Shown here: piece by piece, positions 51,749-59,766 of the stretch
Position numbering within the stretch: position 1 is the first letter of the stretch
How the letters are laid out: each line of letters opens with the position of its first letter
Notes under the pieces: generated by a model
What the model was told of the DNA's origin: nothing
What the model saw: the letters and a program-made list of their open reading frames with translations, nothing else
Database searches by the model: none
Program-made: the position numbers and the translations under genes
NCBI GenBank assembly: GCA_023136775.1
Contig: JAGLQO010000011.1
Span: 34,528-98,527 of the forward strand
Direction of reading: 5' to 3'
Length of the DNA stretch: 64,000 bases
From: Candidatus Pacearchaeota archaeon
GTDB lineage: Archaea; Nanobdellota; Nanobdellia; Pacearchaeales; GW2011-AR1

Positions 51749-52066
51749 ATGTCAATATGTATGGAGAATGAAACATTAAAAATAATGAAGGCTTTGTCTG
51801 ATAAAACCAGATTAAATATAGTTGAATTTCTTTTAGATGGAGAAAAATGTGTATGCGAAATCTTTCCACATATTAAAAGAACTCAATCAACAACATCAAT
51901 ACAATTAGGTAAACTAGAGAAATCTGGAATTTTAAAATCGCGAAGGAACGGTAAAAAAATATTTTATTCAATTAATGATTTGAGAGTCTGTAATATATTT
52001 AAGGAACTAGGAAACGGGGATGGCAGGGAAATAAATAAATGTTGTTGCTTAAGTGAGTGTAAATGA
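51749..52066 (+). CDS. ArsR/SmtB-family transcriptional regulator
   Basis: IMKALSDKTRLNIVEFLLDGEKCVCEI..STTSIQLGKLEKSGILKSRRNGKKIFY. Confidence 0.8.
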   Translation: MSICMENETLKIMKALSDKTRLNIVEFLLDGEKCVCEIFPHIKRTQSTTSIQLGKLEKSGILKSRRNGKKIFYSINDLRVCNIFKELGNGDGREINKCCCLSECK

Positions 52067-52293
52067 AAATCGAAATATTAGGGTCAGGTTGTCCGAATTG
52101 TAAGAGGTTGGAGGAAAATGTGAAAATAGCATTAGGGGAAATGGGAAGAAAAATAGAGATTGATAAAGTAACTGAAATTGATAAAATTATTAATTATGGA
52201 GTTATGTCTACTCCTGCGATAGTTGTAAATGGAGAAGTAAAAAGTTATGGAGAAGTAAAAAGTGTTGAAGAAATTAAGGAGATATTAAAATGA
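52063..52293 (+). CDS. Thioredoxin-fold redox-active disulfide protein 2 family
   Basis: 76 aa. MKIEILGSGCPNCKRL..VMSTPAIVVNGE. ATGA overlap with the arsR-like gene. Confidence 0.8.
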   Translation: MKIEILGSGCPNCKRLEENVKIALGEMGRKIEIDKVTEIDKIINYGVMSTPAIVVNGEVKSYGEVKSVEEIKEILK

Positions 52294-52916
52294 ATAAAAA
52301 ATATTTTTGCCTAGGAGCATTCGTTTTAGCTCTGTTAATTTTATTGTTTTTTCCTTCGGGGAAGGCTGACTTAACTGGATATCTTATTTTTCAAGATGAA
52401 GAATTTAAGTTGGGGCATTGTCCGACGATGAAGGAGGCTGCGGAGTTTATTGGGAATCAAAACCCTTCTATAACTTTAGTTGAGTTCGGGAGCACGTCTG
52501 CAACCTTAGCGAATCTTAATTCGGAAAATATTAACATAGCATTGGTTGGGAGAAAAGCAAAATCCTATGAAGTGGGTGACGCCCATGAAAGAGTGCTCGG
52601 GGAAGGTGTTACCTTAATTACACAATCAAAACAATTAATTTCTTATGACCAACTAGAGGATTTAAGAATTTTTACTTATTTGGACAAAGAGATTTTTGAA
52701 GAACAATTTCCTAATTTGAATATTGAGGTTAGTGGGGACAAAGAAGAACTATTACAATCTAATTATAATATTGTTTTGATTTCTTGGGAAGATTATGAAG
52801 ACTACATGGAATTATTAGTTCCGCTGAATCAAGATGGTGGTAAAGTAAAAGAATTTAGAATACCTGTTTTATATTCGAGAGATAAAAAATTATTGGAGGA
52901 AATTATATATGAATAA
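52290..52916 (+). CDS. Hypothetical exported protein
   Basis: N-terminal signal/TM segment, no recognised motif. Translationally coupled on both sides. Confidence 0.5.
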   Translation: MNKKYFCLGAFVLALLILLFFPSGKADLTGYLIFQDEEFKLGHCPTMKEAAEFIGNQNPSITLVEFGSTSATLANLNSENINIALVGRKAKSYEVGDAHERVLGEGVTLITQSKQLISYDQLEDLRIFTYLDKEIFEEQFPNLNIEVSGDKEELLQSNYNIVLISWEDYEDYMELLVPLNQDGGKVKEFRIPVLYSRDKKLLEEIIYE

Positions 52917-54105
52917 AAAATTATTTATTTATTTATTTATGGGGTTGTTGTTATCCTCATTTGTTGTTGCTCAAGAGAATATTTCTAGTGAAGAAAAAAA
53001 TATTTATTTTTTCTGGGCACACGGTTGTCCACATTGTCAGGCAGAGAAAGATTTTCTTACTACCTTAGAGGAGAAGTATGACTATATCGTTATTAATAGT
53101 TTTGAGGTAACTCAGAGCAAGGAAAATGTCGAATTACTTAAGAAGGTGGGCAAAGAATTGGGTGCCGATGTTTCCGGAGTTCCATTTACTGTCGTTGGTG
53201 AACAGTATTTTATTGGATGGTACAATAAAGAAACAACCGGGAAGGCAATTGAGGAGGCTGTTAACTGTCTTATAGAGAATCATTGTCCGGATGTTATTGG
53301 GCAGTTAACCACCCCGATATCGGAAACATCCCACACTAAGGAGGGTAAAGTAATTCCTGAAAAACTTAGATTACCTCTTATTGGAGAAGTTGAAACTAAG
53401 AATCTTTCTCTTCTAGTATTGACAATAATTATCGCTGCCTTGGACGGGTTTAATCCTTGCGCGATGTGGGTTTTGTTATTTTTGATAAGTCTTCTTTTGG
53501 GGATGCAGAGTAAAAAAAGAATGTGGATTTTTGGGAGTGTATTTATTTTCGCTTCGGCATTTGTTTATTTTCTTTTTATGTCAGCTTGGCTTAGTTTATT
53601 CTTATTCCTTGGATTTGTCTTCTGGATTAGGATTATAATTGGATTAGTAGCCTTAGGGGTAGGAATATATAGTATTCGGGAATATTTTACCAATCCTGCA
53701 GGGACATGTAAAGTTACAGGAAATCAAAAAAGACAAAAAGTTTTTGAAAAATTAAAAAATATTATTCAGGAGAGGCATATTTTCTTGGCACTCCTCGCAT
53801 TGATAGCTTTGGCTTTTGCCGTTAATTTAGTTGAATTGATTTGTTCAGCTGGGCTCCCTGCCATTTACACTCAAATACTTACATTAACTAATCTTACCGT
53901 ATTACAATATTATTCCTATTTAATTTTGTACATATTTATTTTCATGCTTGATGATCTACTCGTCTTCTTTGTTGCAATGTGGACCTTACAAGCGGTAGGG
54001 GTAACTGATAAATACAGCAGGATTTCGCATATTGTTGGTGGAGTGATAATGTTGATACTCGGTATTTTGTTAATATTTAAACCGGAGTTGTTGATGTTTG
54101 GATGA
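52909..54105 (+). CDS. Fusion of an exported thioredoxin/glutaredoxin-like CxxC domain with a polytopic membrane domain (CcdA/DsbD-like features)
   Basis: Signal peptide, FFWAHGCPHCQAEK, then 6 or more TM helices with a LDGFNPCAMW motif. Confidence 0.5.
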   Translation: MNKKLFIYLFMGLLLSSFVVAQENISSEEKNIYFFWAHGCPHCQAEKDFLTTLEEKYDYIVINSFEVTQSKENVELLKKVGKELGADVSGVPFTVVGEQYFIGWYNKETTGKAIEEAVNCLIENHCPDVIGQLTTPISETSHTKEGKVIPEKLRLPLIGEVETKNLSLLVLTIIIAALDGFNPCAMWVLLFLISLLLGMQSKKRMWIFGSVFIFASAFVYFLFMSAWLSLFLFLGFVFWIRIIIGLVALGVGIYSIREYFTNPAGTCKVTGNQKRQKVFEKLKNIIQERHIFLALLALIALAFAVNLVELICSAGLPAIYTQILTLTNLTVLQYYSYLILYIFIFMLDDLLVFFVAMWTLQAVGVTDKYSRISHIVGGVIMLILGILLIFKPELLMFG

Positions 54106-54118
54106 TGGAGATGTTGAA

Positions 54119-54562
54119 ATGAAAAGGAGATATTATGTTGGGGCTGTTGTTTTGATTTTGTTGGTTTTTATTGTTCCGAAATATTTTATGGAGGATGTCA
54201 TTAGTGATAGTTCTGTCGGGACGCATGTGGATAAGTTAGAGGTATATCATTTTCATGCAACTAATCAATGCTACTCATGCATAACCATGGGGGATTATGC
54301 AGAGGAAACTGTAAACACCTATTTTGCAGATGAATTGGAATCTGGAAAAATAATCTTTGATCATATTAATGGTGATTTACCTGAGAATAGAGATTTGGTT
54401 GTCAAGTATGGGGTAACTGGTTCTTCATTATGGTTGGGAACTCACAATGGAGATGAATTTAACGCTGAACAAAATACTAATGTTTGGTACAAGATAAATA
54501 ACAAGCAAGATTATATGAATTATCTAAAAGAAATTATTGAGCAAAAATTGGCAGGAAATTAA
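54119..54562 (+). CDS. Membrane-anchored CxxC protein (thioredoxin-like fold suspected)
   Basis: TM anchor VGAVVLILLVFIV. HATNQCYSCITMG motif. ATG at 54119 preferred over 54098. Confidence 0.4.
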   Translation: MKRRYYVGAVVLILLVFIVPKYFMEDVISDSSVGTHVDKLEVYHFHATNQCYSCITMGDYAEETVNTYFADELESGKIIFDHINGDLPENRDLVVKYGVTGSSLWLGTHNGDEFNAEQNTNVWYKINNKQDYMNYLKEIIEQKLAGN

Positions 54563-54563
54563 A

Positions 54564-55271
54564 ATGAGTTTTATGGCTTTTATGGAAACAATGGGAACAA
54601 GCAGTTTTCCAATAGTCGCGGCTTTCTTTATCGGATTAATGACTGCAATAAGCCCCTGCCCATTAGCAACAAACATAACCGCCATTGCTTACGTTAGCAA
54701 AAAGATGAGCAATAGTAAACATACTCTCTTGATTGGATTTCTTTATACTCTAGGGAAAATGTTTACTTATGTTGGACTTGCTTCTTTAATCGTATTTTTT
54801 GGCATGCAAACGCAAGCCATCTCGTTGTTTTTACAAAAATATGGGGAGAAAATTCTTGGTCCGCTGCTTCTAATTATTGGGATTTTGATGTTAGATATAT
54901 TAAAATTACATTTTTTTAAATCTAGTAATAAATTGAATAAACTCAAAGAAAAACTAGCGGAAAAAGGATTCTTGGGAGCATTTTTACTTGGAGTTATATT
55001 TGCTCTTGCATTTTGTCCATTTAGTGCGATGTTATTTTTTGGAATGCTTATTCCTTTAGCATTAAGAATGGGGGATGGTTTAATTATTCCGGGAGTTTTC
55101 GCACTTGCAACGGGATTGCCGGTAATAATATCTTCAATAATCTTAACAAAAAGCGTTTCGAAACTGGGGTTAATAATAAATAAAGTACAGAAACTCGAAT
55201 TATGGATGAGAAGAATCGTTGCAGTTATTTTCATTCTTGTGGGATTGTATTATACATTGAGGGTGTTTTAA
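54564..55271 (+). CDS. CcdA/DsbD_2-like thiol-disulfide transporter membrane protein
   Basis: AISPCPLATNITAIAYV and ALAFCPFSAMLFF, one cysteine-containing TM helix in each half. ATG lies 1 nt after the upstream stop. Confidence 0.55.
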   Translation: MSFMAFMETMGTSSFPIVAAFFIGLMTAISPCPLATNITAIAYVSKKMSNSKHTLLIGFLYTLGKMFTYVGLASLIVFFGMQTQAISLFLQKYGEKILGPLLLIIGILMLDILKLHFFKSSNKLNKLKEKLAEKGFLGAFLLGVIFALAFCPFSAMLFFGMLIPLALRMGDGLIIPGVFALATGLPVIISSIILTKSVSKLGLIINKVQKLELWMRRIVAVIFILVGLYYTLRVF

Positions 55272-55272
55272 A

Positions 55273-56388
55273 ATGGAGAAAAAAGATTGGAATATATTAA
55301 TATGGATTGTGGTTGTGTTTTGTGTACTCTATTTTATTCCATCACAAGCAGGGTGGTTTAAGACATCAATTTTTTCTGCTTTAGATTTATTGCATGAATA
55401 TGCAAGAGAACATGTGTTAACTTGTCTAATCCCCGCCTTATTTATTGCTGGAGCAATTGCTGTTTTTATTCAGAAAGAAAAAATTATAAAATATTTGGGG
55501 CATGAGGCAAAAAAGTATGTTTCCTATAGTGTCGCCTCTGTATCTGGGGCAATATTAGCTGTTTGTTCTTGTACAATTTTACCATTATTTGCAGGCATCA
55601 GAAAGAGAGGTGCGGGGCTGGGACCAGCAATAACATTCTTGTTTTCGGGTCCTGCAATAAATATTGCAGCTATATTTTTAACTATGAATGTTCTAGGATT
55701 TGAAATTGGATTAGCAAGAATTATTTCTGCAATTCCACTTTCAATATTAGTTGGTCTGACAATGTCTTTAATTTTTAGAGAAAAGAATGAGGAAGAAAAA
55801 ATGTTAATTAAAGAAGCTGGGGAATCTCAATTATCAAATAAGGTGATGATGAGTTTTTTTATTTTGATGATTGGAGTTTTAATTATCAATGGTTTACAAA
55901 TTGATAAGATCATAAAATATTCATTGATGGGTCTTTTTACATTTGGAGTTGTTGGATTAGTTATCTGGAAATTTAAAAATGGACTAGCTCAAAAATGGTT
56001 AAATGAAACATGGAATTTTTCAAAAATGCTTCTTCCGTTATTATTTATCGGGGTTTTTATTGCTGGGTTTATTATGCCTTTGTTGCCTCAAACGCTTATT
56101 GAAAATCTAGTTGGACAAAATACAATTGTAGGTAATCTCGTAGCTTCTGTATTTGGAGCATTTATGTATTTTTCAACGCTAACGGAAATTCCAATTTTGC
56201 AGGCATTACTCGCTAAGGGTATGCATTCGGGACCAGCTTTGGCTTTACTTTTAGCGGGACCTAGTTTGAGTTTGCCCAATATGTTAGTTATTAGAAAAGT
56301 GCTTGGAACAAAAAAAACAGTGGTTTATGTCGGATTAGTTATTATTTATTCAACAATTGCAGGATTGATTTTTGGCTCAATGTTATAA
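55273..56388 (+). CDS. COG0701-type permease (ArsP-like)
   Basis: Polytopic. GAILAVCSCTILPLFAG cysteine pair motif characteristic of this permease family. Confidence 0.65.
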   Translation: MEKKDWNILIWIVVVFCVLYFIPSQAGWFKTSIFSALDLLHEYAREHVLTCLIPALFIAGAIAVFIQKEKIIKYLGHEAKKYVSYSVASVSGAILAVCSCTILPLFAGIRKRGAGLGPAITFLFSGPAINIAAIFLTMNVLGFEIGLARIISAIPLSILVGLTMSLIFREKNEEEKMLIKEAGESQLSNKVMMSFFILMIGVLIINGLQIDKIIKYSLMGLFTFGVVGLVIWKFKNGLAQKWLNETWNFSKMLLPLLFIGVFIAGFIMPLLPQTLIENLVGQNTIVGNLVASVFGAFMYFSTLTEIPILQALLAKGMHSGPALALLLAGPSLSLPNMLVIRKVLGTKKTVVYVGLVIIYSTIAGLIFGSML

Positions 56389-56538
56389 ATTTTTGTAAAA
56401 CAAAAGATGATTATTACTATCTTAAATTACACAAAATTTTGGGAATGAAAAACGATTTAAATAAAAAATAAGATTCAAAAACATTGGATTCTTGATATAA
56501 TTCTTTAAGCATTTAGATGTATTAATTAAAAAATAAAA

Positions 56539-56799
56539 TTACTTTCTTCCAAAAATATTCTTGCTAATAGCCAAAATCCAATTCCAATGTAAAGCTAAAT
56601 GGACTAAAACTAATAACCCCATAATCAGCCCACTCCAATCATGCCACATAGAAATACTACTAAAACTTAAAATCTTATATGCGGATACTCCAATTAGTTT
56701 TATCAATCCGGGCCACTTAATTAATCCAGTGATAAAACAAGTAAAAAAAGAAATCGCTAATCCAATATCAATCCAATAATTTAAAATTGCCTTATTCAT
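56539..56799 (-). CDS. DUF4405-like small membrane protein
   Basis: 86 aa, three TM helices, conserved His pattern (WHDWSG..LVLVHLALHW). Confidence 0.45.
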   Translation of the reverse strand: MNKAILNYWIDIGLAISFFTCFITGLIKWPGLIKLIGVSAYKILSFSSISMWHDWSGLIMGLLVLVHLALHWNWILAISKNIFGRK

Positions 56800-57145
56800 T
56801 TTGAATGCCTTGTTTTATTTCTTCGGCCATATCTTTTATCAACGCGGGAGAAAATGCGTATTCTTCTCGGATATCCTCCAAAACACTATCTGCAGTATAG
56901 CTTTCCTTTAAATCGAATTGAGAAATCATTTTAGATAAAAGAACTTCTGAATCAATTTCCCATAAATCCGCAACTTCTTGCACGGTCAAAATTTTCATTT
57001 CACTTCCTTCAATTTCAACCGAATGATCATGTTCGTCTTCATGTTCATGTTCTTCATTCCCAGAATAAGACAAATATGCAAAAGCTCCAATTAAGATTAT
57101 AGAAATTGCTGCCAAGCCAAAAATTGCTATTTTATTCATAAGCAC
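56792..57145 (-). CDS. Membrane-anchored protein with a His/Glu-rich stretch
   Basis: TM anchor, then EEHEHEDEHDH (possibly metal binding). 8-nt overlap with the downstream ORF. Confidence 0.4.
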   Translation of the reverse strand: MLMNKIAIFGLAAISIILIGAFAYLSYSGNEEHEHEDEHDHSVEIEGSEMKILTVQEVADLWEIDSEVLLSKMISQFDLKESYTADSVLEDIREEYAFSPALIKDMAEEIKQGIQNE

Positions 57146-57298
57146 GTTAAGAAAATAATCTTTATAAATTAAATGGATTTGACGTCCCTGTTTTAAAAAT
57201 GGATTTAGACTTATAACTTGTTATAATTAAAATGATAATGACTGGATGAGAAACTTGCTTTTAATTAAAATTATAAAGTGGTTTTCATTTTTCATTTT

Positions 57299-58147
57299 AT
57301 GGAATACAAAATAGGAAATCTAAAATTAAAGAATAGATTTTTATTAGCTCCGATGCTAGAACCAAATGATATTGTATTTAGATTGCTTTGCAAAAAAACT
57401 GGATGTGGATTGACATATACTGGAATGTTTTCTCCATTATCTAAACAAAAATTAATTCTTGATGATAAACCTGCGATTCAACTTTTTGGAAATAGTGAAA
57501 AGGGGATTGAATCTTTTATTAAAAAATATGATTCTGAAGTTAGACTTTGGGATTTTAATTTGGGATGCCCATCCAAATTGTCGAGAAAATTGGGGCATGG
57601 TGCGTTTATGCATAAGGATTTTGAAACGATTGTAAAAATTGTAAAAACAATGAAGAGGTCAACAAAAAAACCAGTAACAATAAAATTGAGAAAATCTCCG
57701 CAGGCAATTGAACTGGCGAAACTTTGCGAACCATATGTTGACGCTATTGGTATCCATGCTCGAACAATTGAACAAGGATATTCTGGGGAGCCTGATTATG
57801 ATTTTGCTTTGAAGTTGAAAAAATTTGTAAAAGTTCCTGTAATTTATTCTGGGGATGTAAACGAAAAGAATGCTAAGAAAATTTTGAAAGATTTCGATTT
57901 TGTATTTGTTGGTCGAGACGCTATTGGGAATCCTAATATTTTTTCAGAATTAACTGGAACGAAATCTAAAGTTTCTTTTAGGGATTATTTAAAACTGGCA
58001 AAGAAATATAAATTATTTTTTAGGCAGATAAAATTTCAGGGTATGAATTTTACTAAGGGGATGGATAATGCTAAGGGTGTTCGGAGAGAATTGATTAATG
58101 CTAAAACTTTAGAAGATGTTGAGGAATTAGTCAAAACAAATAAATAG
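57299..58147 (+). CDS. tRNA-dihydrouridine synthase (Dus) family flavoenzyme
   Basis: FLLAPMLEPND, QLFG, DFNLGCPS, IKLR, HART motifs of the Dus TIM barrel. Confidence 0.65.
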   Translation: MEYKIGNLKLKNRFLLAPMLEPNDIVFRLLCKKTGCGLTYTGMFSPLSKQKLILDDKPAIQLFGNSEKGIESFIKKYDSEVRLWDFNLGCPSKLSRKLGHGAFMHKDFETIVKIVKTMKRSTKKPVTIKLRKSPQAIELAKLCEPYVDAIGIHARTIEQGYSGEPDYDFALKLKKFVKVPVIYSGDVNEKNAKKILKDFDFVFVGRDAIGNPNIFSELTGTKSKVSFRDYLKLAKKYKLFFRQIKFQGMNFTKGMDNAKGVRRELINAKTLEDVEELVKTNK

Positions 58148-58167
58148 GTATTTTTGTAAAGAATGTT

Positions 58168-59091
58168 ATGATAAAGAAGGTGATTGCTGCTGTGGCTATG
58201 ATTAGCATATTGACATTTTATTTAATTACTTTATATGAATATATTCCTCAAGATCCTGTTTCTTTGAGTGCCGAAAATATAATGCCAGACCCAGTTGCGG
58301 CTATTCATTATGGAGTAACTCCTGTGTTTGCCGAGAACCTTAGATTTAATCATAATAATATTTCTTATTTTATTAAAGGTGAATGTTCTGCGACTCGAAG
58401 AAAATCCATGGAAGAAGCTTTTGGAATATTTGAAGAAGAGATGAGATTAATTTCTTTTTACGAAACTAATTTTGACCCAGATATTCTAGTGGAATGTAGC
58501 GACGAAGATATTCCTTTTGGAAATAATTTATTTGCGGCGGGAGAAGGGGGTCCAAGTAGAATAATTAATACTAGTTTTTTTAAGACTATTGAGAAGGGGA
58601 AGATTGCTCTTTATGAAGATCAGCGGTGTGACTACCCTGTTGTTGAGCTTCACGAGTTGCTTCATGTTTTTGGGTTTGACCATATTGAAAATCCTAATAG
58701 TATTATGTATTATATTTCTAAATGTAATCAGAGAATGACCTCTGATATGGTTAAGACTATTAATGATTTATATTCTATTGAACCTTTGCCCGATGCTTCT
58801 ATTGGAAATTTGACTGCCACGAAGAGAGGGAAATATTTGGATTTTAATATTACTATTTTGAATGAGGGTTTGCTTGATATTAATGATATTAATTTGAGCA
58901 TAGTTGTTGAAGGTGAGATTATTCAGGTGATTAATATGGAGCGGCTCGAAATTGGGTATGGGAGAAATCTTGAGGCTAAGAATGTTATGCTTCCGAGTAT
59001 TAGGATTACGAATATAATTTTTGAATTGGATAAAGAGAATTCTGTTCGGGAAATGAGAGAGGGAAATAATATTCGTAATATGTCGGCTTGA
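58168..59091 (+). CDS. Membrane-anchored metzincin zinc metalloprotease
   Basis: N-terminal TM helix. HELLHVFGFDH (HExxHxxGxxH), then a Met-turn-like NSIMYY. Confidence 0.65.
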   Translation: MIKKVIAAVAMISILTFYLITLYEYIPQDPVSLSAENIMPDPVAAIHYGVTPVFAENLRFNHNNISYFIKGECSATRRKSMEEAFGIFEEEMRLISFYETNFDPDILVECSDEDIPFGNNLFAAGEGGPSRIINTSFFKTIEKGKIALYEDQRCDYPVVELHELLHVFGFDHIENPNSIMYYISKCNQRMTSDMVKTINDLYSIEPLPDASIGNLTATKRGKYLDFNITILNEGLLDINDINLSIVVEGEIIQVINMERLEIGYGRNLEAKNVMLPSIRITNIIFELDKENSVREMREGNNIRNMSA

Positions 59092-59100
59092 TTATTTGAG

Positions 59101-59505
59101 AGAAGATAATTCAAGACAAGGGGAAATTGGCTCGCGGATTTAATGGATTTTTGGGATTTAAGGCAATGATTTTGGGAGTGTTTTTCTATTTTTAATAGCT
59201 CACGGATTTACACGGATGGGCTTGCCCATTCACGGATTGGGAGCAGGGGGAAATTTGCTCGTGAGTTTTGGGGATTTGATGGCACCCTCACAAATATATT
59301 TTGTTATTGGTTGGTCTTAAACGACATGAACCTGGTGGTCCCGGGCATGCTAATTTAAGGCAGGGGAAATTGGCTCACGGATTTACACGGATGCTTTCAG
59401 CATTCACGGATTCAAGACAATTATTTTGGGAGTTTTTATCTTGATTTGGTATATGTAGAAATTTTTAGCCACGGATTACTCAGGACTTCTCACGGATTTT
59501 GTTTT
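59101..59505 (+). repeat. Family A composite A7: several units plus the gcaccctcac/gggcatgctaatt module
   Basis: Units at about 59120, 59198-59238 (hairpin ggatggg-cttg-cccattc), 59255 and 59373-59411 (ggatgct-ttc-agcattc). Module gcaccctcacaaatatat..cccgggcatgctaattt. Confidence 0.75.
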
Positions 59506-59710
59506 GGGAATTTTTGCTTGTTGGAGTGAATGTAATGAACGATTGGTTGAATCAAGTTACTGGAGTGGAATGGATACGGAGCGAATTGAGCACGTAAAAG
59601 TGTACCCTCTAAGTAAGCGATTCTCTGAATCGCATTTTAATCGGGCAAGCCGAGTGTGGGAGCGAATAGCGGGCGAGGCGAATAAATATGAGAACGGGCG
59701 AGTTCTCTAA
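59506..59710 (+). repeat. Family B element B7
   Basis: ttgttggagtgaatgtaatgaacgatt head, many GAGCGA-like motifs, aataaatat box, hairpin gagaac-gggcga-gttctc (59690-59707), followed by taaa. Confidence 0.7.
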
Positions 59711-59766
59711 ATAAAATGCACATTTACTTCAATAAAACTTAAAAAGTTGTTGAGGATTTCCTAGTA

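Noticed and set aside
59504-59710. 68-aa ORF, and the similar ORFs 27607..27789, 9350..9577, 47146..47385 and 63157..63528, lying in spacers
   Set aside because: Each coincides with a dispersed repeat element (families B, A/B, E, the inverted-repeat arms, or F). The sequences recur elsewhere out of frame or on the other strand, so conservation is at the DNA/RNA level, not the protein level.
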